DNA of 64,000 bases from an uncultured Candidatus Bathyarchaeia archaeon. Its GTDB lineage: Archaea > Thermoproteota > Bathyarchaeia > Bathyarchaeales > Bathycorpusculaceae. Numbering within the stretch: position 1 is the first letter of the stretch; each line of letters begins with the position of its first letter. Made by a program: the position numbers and the translations under genes. The notes beneath the pieces were generated by a model. That model was given only the letters and a program-made list of their open reading frames with translations, searched no databases and had not been told where the DNA came from. This document shows, in pieces, positions 27,552 to 35,993 of this stretch. The stretch spans positions 1,601-65,600 of the forward strand of contig CAZGNE010000006.1 in NCBI GenBank assembly GCA_964527165.1, given 5' to 3'.

Positions 27552-28685
27552 TTAACTTACTAATTCTGTTTTAACCCGAATTGCGTACAATATGTCGCTG
27601 CGTGTGACTATGCCGACAAGCCGTCCATTTTCTTGAACTGGAAGTCGTCCTACATTCTGCTTTGACATCTTTATGAGAGCATCAGCGGCGTTTTCTTCAA
27701 GGCTTGCGCACTTGAGCTTCTCGCAAGGGGTCATGGTGTCAATGACTCTGGTTTCTTTCCATTTTTCTCTTGGAACCTTTCTCACGTCTTGTAGAGTGAT
27801 GAGACCGACCAATTTTGAGTCCTTTTCAACTGGAAATCCGCCATGCTTGTACTGCGAAAAGTGTGTTTCCACAATATCTTTTAACGAAGCATCAGGATCC
27901 ACGGTGTGAACGCTGCGAGTCATTATGTCCTTGACGGTAACTCCTACTAATGCTTCGTTGATTACTGTTCGCTTATAGCTTGATTCAGCTCCGTTCTTCA
28001 GGAACCAGCCGATGAGAATAAACCACAAACCTCCAATAAGCGAGCCGCTCATGATGAACACAAAGCCTCCGAAAATCATTAGATAAGCAAAGAAGACTCC
28101 CACTCTAGTTGCGATTCTGGTAGCTTGAACCAGATTTTTCTTCCAATGCCAAATCCCCGATCTAAGGACTCTCCCTCCGTCGAGAGGAAAAGCAGGAAGC
28201 AAATTGAAGCCGCCTAACAACAAGTTAATGTATGCCCCATATTCTAAAGGCGCCATAATCATAATGTCGGCTTCCAAGGTACGTGCTCCATAATGCAGTG
28301 ACCATAGAACAAACGCGATAACAAAGCTCGATAAGGGTCCAACTATAGCTATTCTAAATTCAAGACTGGCATTCTTCGGCTCTTCCTCAATCTCAGACAC
28401 TCCACCAAAAATAAAGAGAACTATACGACGCACCGGCAAGCCGTTTCTCCTAGCCAAATAGGAATGTGCCAGCTCGTGAATCAAGACGGACGCAAATAGT
28501 ACGATTGCGCCTGTTATACCAATCAGCCAGTACGTTGTTGCAGGCTGATCTGGATATTCCATTGGCATATAACCCACAGCGAGAGTCCAAGCTATAAGCA
28601 AAACACCAAGAACCAACGTGTAATGAAGCCTTACAGGAACGCCCAAAAGGCTACCAACCCTTAAAGACAAAACATCCTCCTCCAA
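27552..28685 (-). CDS. site-2 protease (peptidase M50) with C-terminal CBS pair
   Basis: 377-aa ORF. HELAHS (HExxH) in a TM segment, NLLPAFPLDGGRV (the LDG motif), then two CBS-like repeats (VTVKDIMTRSVHTV...; VIDTMTP...RLVGIVTRSDI). Confidence 0.9.
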   Translation of the reverse strand: MEEDVLSLRVGSLLGVPVRLHYTLVLGVLLIAWTLAVGYMPMEYPDQPATTYWLIGITGAIVLFASVLIHELAHSYLARRNGLPVRRIVLFIFGGVSEIEEEPKNASLEFRIAIVGPLSSFVIAFVLWSLHYGARTLEADIMIMAPLEYGAYINLLLGGFNLLPAFPLDGGRVLRSGIWHWKKNLVQATRIATRVGVFFAYLMIFGGFVFIMSGSLIGGLWFILIGWFLKNGAESSYKRTVINEALVGVTVKDIMTRSVHTVDPDASLKDIVETHFSQYKHGGFPVEKDSKLVGLITLQDVRKVPREKWKETRVIDTMTPCEKLKCASLEENAADALIKMSKQNVGRLPVQENGRLVGIVTRSDILYAIRVKTELVS

Positions 28686-28777
28686 AGAGCATCATTGATT
28701 TGTAACCTTCAAGAGATTCTGAGTAGTTATCTGTGTAAGCAGTTATTTATAAACAGTCGATCTGGCTGTTCAAGATT

Positions 28778-29275
28778 CTATGAATATAACCATTCCAACA
28801 ATTTCGGGAACAAGATAAACACAATCCTCAGAGCGAGGAAGAAAATCCAGATAAGCACAACCAATAGGACTACACCGTTGATTGCAGGATGAAAGCTCAT
28901 TAGAAACGGGAAGTAGAGTAAATATACAATCATGGCAGCAATTATATACAATATATGCTTAGACAAGACCAGCGAATTTCCATGGCTAAGTCTCATTCTT
29001 CCACTATATTTTCTAGCAAGAGGAATAGAAAAAGCGTCTACCAGCTTCTTCAGATTTGGAATGGATCTTAATATGATAATGGAAAAGGCAGTGAAGAAAA
29101 TTAAGGTGCACATAGTTCGAGCTTGCCAGCCTAGTGTGTCAGTTAATGGAATAAATACCAAATTGCCAAAAAGCCATATTAACAAAGCCGATAGGAACCC
29201 GTGGATTGTCTTAGGACCATATGTTTTCAAATCTTTTGCAAAGTCTTTCATTTCTACCTTAACTGGTTTTTCCAT
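28778..29275 (-). CDS. 4-TM membrane protein (paralog of 29335..29970)
   Basis: 165-aa ORF. LIWLFGNLVFIPLTDTLGW matches LIWIFGKMIFLPIAEGMTGVW of the neighbour. Same topology pattern. Confidence 0.6.
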   Translation of the reverse strand: MEKPVKVEMKDFAKDLKTYGPKTIHGFLSALLIWLFGNLVFIPLTDTLGWQARTMCTLIFFTAFSIIILRSIPNLKKLVDAFSIPLARKYSGRMRLSHGNSLVLSKHILYIIAAMIVYLLYFPFLMSFHPAINGVVLLVVLIWIFFLALRIVFILFPKLLEWLYS

Positions 29276-29334
29276 TTTTTACTGCTCCCTTTGTCAAAGA
29301 GATTTTCATTGAAAAAAAATTGGGGTTTAGAAAC

Positions 29335-29970
29335 TTAGACTTTTTTGACTTGTCTCTCTAGTTCTTCAGCCCATTGTGAAGTGTATCTTCCGAGTATTGA
29401 AGCAATTGCCTTGCAGCTTCTCCATAGAGCAAACACTGACCATATAACTATCAAGATCAACAGTATTGCTGGTAAGGCTCCGGTACGGTCGATTCCTACC
29501 AAATAATCCTTGAATAACATGTACGCCAGAGATACAATGACTACGTATAATATGCCGTCTAGAAAAGTTCTATAGTTTTTGAATGTGTCAATGCTCATTT
29601 CGCCGCTCGTTTTTCCGAAATGGTAAGCCAATACTCCCGCCATGCCACCAGTAAGGCGACGGACATCAATAAAGACTGTGAAGATTATGATTGCCAGAGC
29701 AATTACGATGATGAAACTGATGATTTCACTCACTGGATAGCCAAACCACACCCCAGTCATGCCTTCTGCAATGGGTAAGAAAATCATCTTTCCGAAGATC
29801 CAAATCAGTATCGCTGCACCGACTGAAAGGATCACTCTTGCGCCCACTTGTCGCAGTGCTTTTGCGGATTCAAGGTACATTTCTGATCCAAATTGTTCTA
29901 TTCTTCTGTCATCTCGGGTTTCCTCTAGTCTCGGTTCATCTTTCTTTGCCATGTTTTCACCATGCAACAA
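29335..29970 (-). CDS. 4-TM membrane protein with charged N-terminal tail (paralog of 28778..29275)
   Basis: 211-aa ORF. First gene of the minus-strand TM-TM-S2P string. Divergent from the wHTH gene at 30082. Confidence 0.6.
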   Translation of the reverse strand: MLHGENMAKKDEPRLEETRDDRRIEQFGSEMYLESAKALRQVGARVILSVGAAILIWIFGKMIFLPIAEGMTGVWFGYPVSEIISFIIVIALAIIIFTVFIDVRRLTGGMAGVLAYHFGKTSGEMSIDTFKNYRTFLDGILYVVIVSLAYMLFKDYLVGIDRTGALPAILLILIVIWSVFALWRSCKAIASILGRYTSQWAEELERQVKKV

Positions 29971-30081
29971 TAGGTATCACTTTTACTTTATAAATATTTC
30001 TATATTTTTATTTTATGAGTAAAATAGTTAAGCTTATATTTATACATAGAACCTAATAGCTATGGGGGATGTTCCTCACCA
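29971..30081. promoter_or_regulatory. AT-rich bidirectional promoter region with TATA-like boxes
   Basis: 111-nt intergenic spacer between divergent genes. CTTTATAAATATTT at 29987-30000 and TTATATTTATAC at 30034-30045, about 40 nt upstream of the 30082 start. The same TTTATAAATA-type box recurs upstream of 26872 and 31264. Confidence 0.4.
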
Positions 30082-30360
30082 TTGAAAGAATTAACATTAA
30101 CAGGTAGAGGCGCATTAAGAATAGCACGTGTACTCTCTTCAGAAACTAGCGTAAGAATTTTGGAGCTGCTTTCAGAAGAAAAGTTGGATGTTTCAACATT
30201 GGCCAAACGCTTGGCACTGAGCGAGGCATACATAAGCCAAGAAGTAAGACGATTAGAAGATCTAAAACTAATCAAAGTCTCATATGCACCAGGAAAGAGA
30301 GGCATCAGAAAAATATGCGAGCTTGCAGTTCAGAAAATAAGCATAATAATCAAGAAATAA
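30082..30360 (+). CDS. small ArsR-like wHTH regulator (paralog 2)
   Basis: 92-aa ORF with TTG start. VRILELLSEEKLDVSTLAKRLALSEAYISQEVRRLEDLKLIKVSYAPGKRGIRKICEL. Confidence 0.75.
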   Translation: MKELTLTGRGALRIARVLSSETSVRILELLSEEKLDVSTLAKRLALSEAYISQEVRRLEDLKLIKVSYAPGKRGIRKICELAVQKISIIIKK

Positions 30361-30435
30361 GGGAGCATATATAGTAATATCGAGAACACGACAAGTTAAG
30401 TCGATCTACCAATCAAGTGGTTTCTAATTTCCTTT

Positions 30436-30524
30436 CAAAGTGGATTTTTGAAAATCCCTAATGCTTGTTCTGCAGCCTTTTTCCATGTAAAATATTCTAG
30501 AATCCTTTTGCTGCCATTTTCACC
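30436..30524 (-). pseudogene. C-terminal remnant of a glycosyltransferase (paralog of 16008..17270)
   Basis: Minus-strand translation GENGSKRILEYFTWKKAAEQALGIFKNPL* matches GKNGRKRVLEYFTWRKAAEQTLEIYKSFLHKE*. It is preceded by an in-frame TGA. The rest of the gene is absent. Confidence 0.75.
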
Positions 30525-30737
30525 TCACACTCTCGACATTTTTGGTATCGTGATTTTCAAAAAGAGTATACAATCATTGAAGGCGTTACGTATTCTACAT
30601 TTAGTGCCTGCGTCTCAAGCATTTTCAGACCTTGGTTTCGAAGCATTCACTTCTAAGTGAAATTCTGCTTGCTATTCCTAAAGAGATGGTCTAGATTCAT
30701 GTTGTTCTTTTTTCCTAACACTTTGCCAGTAAGTCTT

Positions 30738-31016
30738 TCAGAAGTGAGTAAAATACCATGGCTCTTCTGACTTTTCCCTAGAGCCTTTCCTAAGCTCTAT
30801 GTTCACATTCTTCCCGTGTTTATCTTTTGGTGCAATAAGGATGGATTCACCACGTTCAAGACTTCGCAGAATCTCCAAGAAAGCTACTTCGTCAGCTACT
30901 GCCCTCTCAACTCTTTTATCTTCGTTTTTTAGAAAGAATAGCTGGAATTGCTGTTTTTCTTCGTATGCTTTGTTATTTCTTATTGGTGATTGTTCTTCTA
31001 CCATTATATTCACCAC
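30738..31016 (-). CDS. hypothetical small protein
   Basis: 92-aa charged ORF with no motif. Occupies the space where the glycosyltransferase body was lost. Confidence 0.4.
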   Translation of the reverse strand: MVNIMVEEQSPIRNNKAYEEKQQFQLFFLKNEDKRVERAVADEVAFLEILRSLERGESILIAPKDKHGKNVNIELRKGSREKSEEPWYFTHF

Positions 31017-31263
31017 AGAACAATAAGTATAGACTGAAACTTATAAATATTCTCGTCTACAGCTTTCCGCCAACCGTTGAATTCGAATGCTTCCAATGTT
31101 TAATATAACAATGTAGAAATATTTATAAACATACTGCTATATTTATTGTAAATTCAGAAAGGTGGAAATATACTCACTTTGGCTCCGGAATAAAAGATGA
31201 TGAAAAGAATAAAAATGCTTTCGAGCATTAAGTTCAATGGTTCAAATCATGAACGCTTGAACG

Positions 31264-34044
31264 ATGTTGATTCGACCCTTTCAAACAATCATGGAGGATG
31301 TAGGGAATTTGGCTCAAGAAAAAGTGTGGCACACCCTAAAGGCTGAAGAAGTATTCAAAAAGCTTGGCACAAGCGAAAGAGGACTAACAACTGCTGAAGC
31401 AGAAAAGAGACTACAAACTTATGGAGCGAACGAGCTTGAAGAAGAAAAGAAGACAACAAAATTAGTTCTACTCATGCGTCAACTGAAGAACCCACTTGTC
31501 GGAGTGCTTGTCGTTGCAGCGTTAGTTTCGTTGTTTGTCGGCAAATTAGTTGACATGATGGTCATTATTGTGGTCATAGGCTTCAACACTTCTATAGGGT
31601 TTTTCCAAGAATACAAGGCGGAAGCAGCCCTTCAAGCCTTGAAAACAATGGCTGCACTTGAATCTGACGTGATTAGAGACTGCCCTGAAACTGGCGGTTG
31701 TCTTGAAATACGTGTCAAAACGAGAGAAGTGGTTCCAGGCGACATAATACTCTTTGATGCTGGAGACAAAGTTTCTGCTGATGCCCGCGTTTTTGACGCG
31801 GCAAATCTTGAAATAGATGAATCCATGTTGACTGGCGAATCAACACCGGTGAAGAAAACAGTTAGTGTTCTAAAGAAAGACTTGCCAGTCGCTGATAGGA
31901 CAAACATGGCTTTTTCAGGTTCGATAATTACACGGGGAAGAGGGAAAGCGGTTGTTGTAGCTACAGGAATGGAAACCGAAATAGGGAAAATAGCCAGGCT
32001 AATTAAGGAAACCGAAAAAGCCGAAACTCCGATTCAGAAACAGACAAAAGATTTGAGCAGAAAGCTCGGATTGTTTGCGTTGCTAGCGAGCAGCTTGATA
32101 TTAGTGGTCAGCCTTCTTCGTGGATTTGAATTTTCTGAGGCATTTTTGTTCGTTCTAGCAGCGGCGGTGTCCGCTATCCCTGAAGGGTTGCCCGTAGTGA
32201 TCACGATAACTTTGGCAATTGGAGTACATAGAATGGCAAAACGAAATGCTATAATCAGAAATCTACAGGCAGTTGATACGTTAGGCTCCGCCACTGCAAT
32301 TTGCACAGACAAAACTGGAACTTTGACGACAAATCAGATGACTACCCAGAAAATATTCGTAAACAATAAAACGGTAAAAGTCACTGGTGTCGGATTTGCG
32401 CCCGAAGGCCATTTTGAATTTGATGAAAATCTGGTAGACCCATCAAAGGATGAACACCTTACTCTCTTGCTGCAAATTGCCACTCTCTGCAATGATGCCC
32501 GACTAAGGCGTCACAAACTCGACGGAGAAAGTCGGTGGGAGATTTATGGAGATCCAACAGAAGGAGCATTGGTTGTTGCCGCAGCAAAAGCAGGTTTTCA
32601 GAAAGACGAATTGGAGGAGAAATCTCATCGTGTGGATGAGATTCCATTTGATCCAAAGGAAAGATACATGGCTACCTTCAACAAAATCTCACCAAAAAAG
32701 CTGAACACCTACGTTAAGGGCGCGCCTGAGACCGTTTTAGAAATGTGCACTGAAATACTTGAAGACGGAGCGACAAAACGACTAACCCGGCAAAGAAAGG
32801 AAGAGATTCTGAAAGTCAGCACACAGATGGCCAGCGAAGCCTTAAGAGTACTTGCCATGGCGTATAAGCCAATCGAACCGAAAGAGCTTGAAAATGTCAA
32901 GATAGACATCCAACGAGGTCGCACCAAATTGGTCTTTGTCGGCCTAGCAGGGATGATTGACCCGCCCAGACCTGAGGTCAAGTCTGCAGTTCAGCTATGC
33001 AAAAAGGCTGGCATCAAAGTTATCATGGCTACAGGAGACCACAAACTCACCGCACAGGCTATTGCGAAAGAATTAAGCATTCTAGATGCAAACACGAAAG
33101 TTCTTACAGGCGGTGACTTGGATGGCATTTCTGATGACGAATTGGACGTTGTAGTTAATGGGACAACCGTTTTTGCTCGTGTGTCTCCGTCGCACAAACA
33201 TCGGATCGTGAAATCCTTGAGGCGGATAGGACATGTTGTAGCCATGACAGGCGATGGCGTCAATGACGCTCCTGCTTTGAAGGCGGCGGACATAGGCGTT
33301 TCAATGGGCATTACAGGAACTGATGTGACAAAAGAGACAGCGGACATGGTTTTGACTGATGACAATTTTGCGAGTATTGTCAACGCGGTAGAAGAAGGCC
33401 GTGTAGTGTTTGAAAACATTAGAAAAGTTGTGAAATATCTCATCTCAACTAACACGGGAGAAATCATCACGATACTTTCTGCCCTGATGTTTCTGCCGGG
33501 CTTCCCTTTAATCTTTACCCCAGTTCAGGTATTGTGGGTTAACCTTGTAACAGACGGATTGCTTGACAAGTTTCTAGCAATGGAATCGAAAGAAGAAGGC
33601 ATCATGGATCAGCCCCCCAAAAAATCCAACGAAAGAATAATCAACAGAGACATTATGTTAAACGTCGTTTACATAGGCATTTTCATGGCTATCGGGACAC
33701 TGTGGATTTTTGCAAACGAATGGAATGACGGAGATATTCAAAGAGCTCGAACTCTAGGCTTCACTACAATGGCGATGTTTCAAGTGTTCAACTCGCTGAA
33801 CTGTAGATCAAGAACCACATCAGTTTTCAAACTCGGCTTGGTTGCGAACAGGTATTTGCTCGTTGGCATTGCAGCCTCAGTTTCGTTGCAGGTGTTGGCA
33901 ACGTTTTTGCCACCTTTGCAAGGTGTATTGGGCACGACTCCGCTTTCGGTTTGGGACTGGTTGACAATATGCCTTGTTTCCAGTTCAGTCTTTGTTGCTG
34001 ACGAAATAAGGAAATTAGTAAGAAGCAAAGTGAAAGGAAAGTGA
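31264..34044 (+). CDS. P-type cation-transporting ATPase (type II, Ca2+/cation pump-like)
   Basis: 926-aa ORF. TGES (MLTGESTP), PEGLP, phosphorylation site CTDKTGTLT, hinge TGDGVNDAPALK, 10-TM pattern. An alternative start is the ATG at 31291 (MEDVGN...). Confidence 0.93.
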   Translation: MLIRPFQTIMEDVGNLAQEKVWHTLKAEEVFKKLGTSERGLTTAEAEKRLQTYGANELEEEKKTTKLVLLMRQLKNPLVGVLVVAALVSLFVGKLVDMMVIIVVIGFNTSIGFFQEYKAEAALQALKTMAALESDVIRDCPETGGCLEIRVKTREVVPGDIILFDAGDKVSADARVFDAANLEIDESMLTGESTPVKKTVSVLKKDLPVADRTNMAFSGSIITRGRGKAVVVATGMETEIGKIARLIKETEKAETPIQKQTKDLSRKLGLFALLASSLILVVSLLRGFEFSEAFLFVLAAAVSAIPEGLPVVITITLAIGVHRMAKRNAIIRNLQAVDTLGSATAICTDKTGTLTTNQMTTQKIFVNNKTVKVTGVGFAPEGHFEFDENLVDPSKDEHLTLLLQIATLCNDARLRRHKLDGESRWEIYGDPTEGALVVAAAKAGFQKDELEEKSHRVDEIPFDPKERYMATFNKISPKKLNTYVKGAPETVLEMCTEILEDGATKRLTRQRKEEILKVSTQMASEALRVLAMAYKPIEPKELENVKIDIQRGRTKLVFVGLAGMIDPPRPEVKSAVQLCKKAGIKVIMATGDHKLTAQAIAKELSILDANTKVLTGGDLDGISDDELDVVVNGTTVFARVSPSHKHRIVKSLRRIGHVVAMTGDGVNDAPALKAADIGVSMGITGTDVTKETADMVLTDDNFASIVNAVEEGRVVFENIRKVVKYLISTNTGEIITILSALMFLPGFPLIFTPVQVLWVNLVTDGLLDKFLAMESKEEGIMDQPPKKSNERIINRDIMLNVVYIGIFMAIGTLWIFANEWNDGDIQRARTLGFTTMAMFQVFNSLNCRSRTTSVFKLGLVANRYLLVGIAASVSLQVLATFLPPLQGVLGTTPLSVWDWLTICLVSSSVFVADEIRKLVRSKVKGK

Positions 34045-34048
34045 TTTT

Positions 34049-34996
34049 ATGCCTTCAAGATATGAAGTTAGACCTATTTCAATAGAAGAAAAAGACGCGT
34101 TAATGAGGAAATACGGTGAGCGCCTTCTCTATGAAGAAAGGGCAGACATAAACGGATGCTGTGTGAAACTCTTGACTGATATAAAATATGTGAAAGAACG
34201 GTGGGAAGAAAACTTTTATCCTATGTCTGCACATGTCCGTTCGCACGGTAGAATGCTGGTCACAGAACAAGCTGGTGAAAACCAACGCGTTTTCTATGAT
34301 CAACTTTCAAAAACAGCTTTCCTAATTAACGTGGATTATTACGGCTGGATAAAATCAATAGCCTTAAGCATTGCAGGTGATATCCTAGAAGACAGCCACG
34401 GCATAGATTCGGTTCACGGCGCTTGTGTGGACATAGATGGAAAAGGCGTTTGCCTGATAGCGCCTTCAGGAACGGGCAAAACAACGCACACTTATGGTCT
34501 TCTAAGACTTAAAGGTGTCAGAGTAGTGTCTGACGACTGGTTTTTTGTCCGCTTTATGGCTGAAAATGCTGTTGCCTTCAGCTCTGAAAAGAATTCTTAC
34601 ATTCAAGCAGACATTGCTGATACGTGGGACGAATACATGAAGCTTGTGGATAAAGCAGAATTTGATTCTAAGGGCAGAGCTGTTGTCAACGTTCGGTGGG
34701 TAGTAGGCAAAGGAAAACTACTACCTATGACCACACTAAAAAAAGCAATACTGCTAAAGCGGGATGCTAAAGACAAGAATGTCTATAGAAAAATGTCGTC
34801 CGAGGAAGCGACAAGCTACATTGAGAAAGTAGATTTCTGTAATCCACACCAGTTAGTGAGAGATCAAAGGAAAATGGCCTTGAGAAAACAGTTTTTCAAG
34901 GAATTCTTTGATTCTCTGGAAATCTACGTTGTCAACACCGCAGCTCCGGTTCTCGATGCTCACAAAGCAATTAAAGAAGAAATTATAGGCGTATAA
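34049..34996 (+). CDS. HprK/PEPCK-superfamily P-loop kinase-like protein
   Basis: 315-aa ORF. P-loop APSGTGKTTHTYGLLRLKGVRVVSDDW resembles HprK C-domain GPSGxGKS...LVADD and the ATP-PEPCK GLSGTGKTT core. Too short for PEPCK. Starts 4 nt after the ATPase stop. Confidence 0.55.
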   Translation: MPSRYEVRPISIEEKDALMRKYGERLLYEERADINGCCVKLLTDIKYVKERWEENFYPMSAHVRSHGRMLVTEQAGENQRVFYDQLSKTAFLINVDYYGWIKSIALSIAGDILEDSHGIDSVHGACVDIDGKGVCLIAPSGTGKTTHTYGLLRLKGVRVVSDDWFFVRFMAENAVAFSSEKNSYIQADIADTWDEYMKLVDKAEFDSKGRAVVNVRWVVGKGKLLPMTTLKKAILLKRDAKDKNVYRKMSSEEATSYIEKVDFCNPHQLVRDQRKMALRKQFFKEFFDSLEIYVVNTAAPVLDAHKAIKEEIIGV

Positions 34997-35025
34997 GCCA
35001 ACACAATCTGTCTGGAGAGTTTAGC

Positions 35026-35988
35026 GTGGAAAAAATTGGTGTAGTAACGGCGGGCGGCGACGCGCCAGGCATGAATGCCGCAATTCGCGCAGTAGTGCGG
35101 ACAGCAATATTCAACGGACTGCATGTCTTAGGTGTCGAAAGAGGGTATGCAGGGCTTATAGAAGGAAAGATTTGTGACTTGGATATCCGATCGGTTAGTG
35201 GAATAATAAACCATGGAGGAACAATGCTTAGAACTGCACGATGCGAAGAAATAAGAACAGACCAGGGCATCCAAAAAGCTGTTCATTCGCTAAGAACTCA
35301 CAAAATCGAAGGGCTCGTGGTGATAGGAGGCGACGGTTCTTTCAGAGGAGCAAGCGAGCTTCACGAAGTAAGCAGAATACCAATTATAGGTGTGCCTGCG
35401 ACAATCGACAATGATGTCTTCGGCACGGACACCACTATAGGTTTTGACACGGCTGTGAACACTGCTCTATTTCTGATCGACAAAATCCGTGACACTGCTA
35501 CTTCACACGAGCGAGTGTTTGTGGTCGAAGTTATGGGACGGAAAAGAGGTTTTCTAGCTCTTGCTGTCGGGTTTGCTGCAGGCGCTGAGTTTGTCCTTGT
35601 CCCAGAAATAAAATCTGATATGGTGTCCATCTGCAACAAACTAATGGAAGGACGAAGAAATGGTAAAACATCAGAAATAATAGTAAAGGCTGAAGGTGCA
35701 GGAAGCTTACCGTTGATTGCTGAAGAAATAAAAAAGAGAACGGAGTATGACGTTCGATTATCGATCCTCGGTCACGCTTTGCGAGGAGGAGCACCTACGG
35801 CCCAAAGCAGAACTCTCGCCAATCGATTTGGAGCCTGCGCAGTGGATCTTCTCTTAAAAGGAACAAAAAAGAACATGGTTGGAATCAAAGGACAAAAGAT
35901 AGTGTGCATCGATCTAGATAATTCTTGGAAACAAAAGAAACCCCTCAACAAACAGTTATATCGCTTAGCTGAAATCTTATCATCTTAA
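35026..35988 (+). CDS. pfkA: 6-phosphofructokinase, PFK-A family (ATP-type signature)
   Basis: 320-aa ORF with GTG start. GVVTAGGDAPGMNAAIRAVV, VIGGDGSFRGA, GVPATIDNDV, MGRKRG. Confidence 0.9.
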   Translation: MEKIGVVTAGGDAPGMNAAIRAVVRTAIFNGLHVLGVERGYAGLIEGKICDLDIRSVSGIINHGGTMLRTARCEEIRTDQGIQKAVHSLRTHKIEGLVVIGGDGSFRGASELHEVSRIPIIGVPATIDNDVFGTDTTIGFDTAVNTALFLIDKIRDTATSHERVFVVEVMGRKRGFLALAVGFAAGAEFVLVPEIKSDMVSICNKLMEGRRNGKTSEIIVKAEGAGSLPLIAEEIKKRTEYDVRLSILGHALRGGAPTAQSRTLANRFGACAVDLLLKGTKKNMVGIKGQKIVCIDLDNSWKQKKPLNKQLYRLAEILSS

Positions 35989-35993
35989 GGAAT

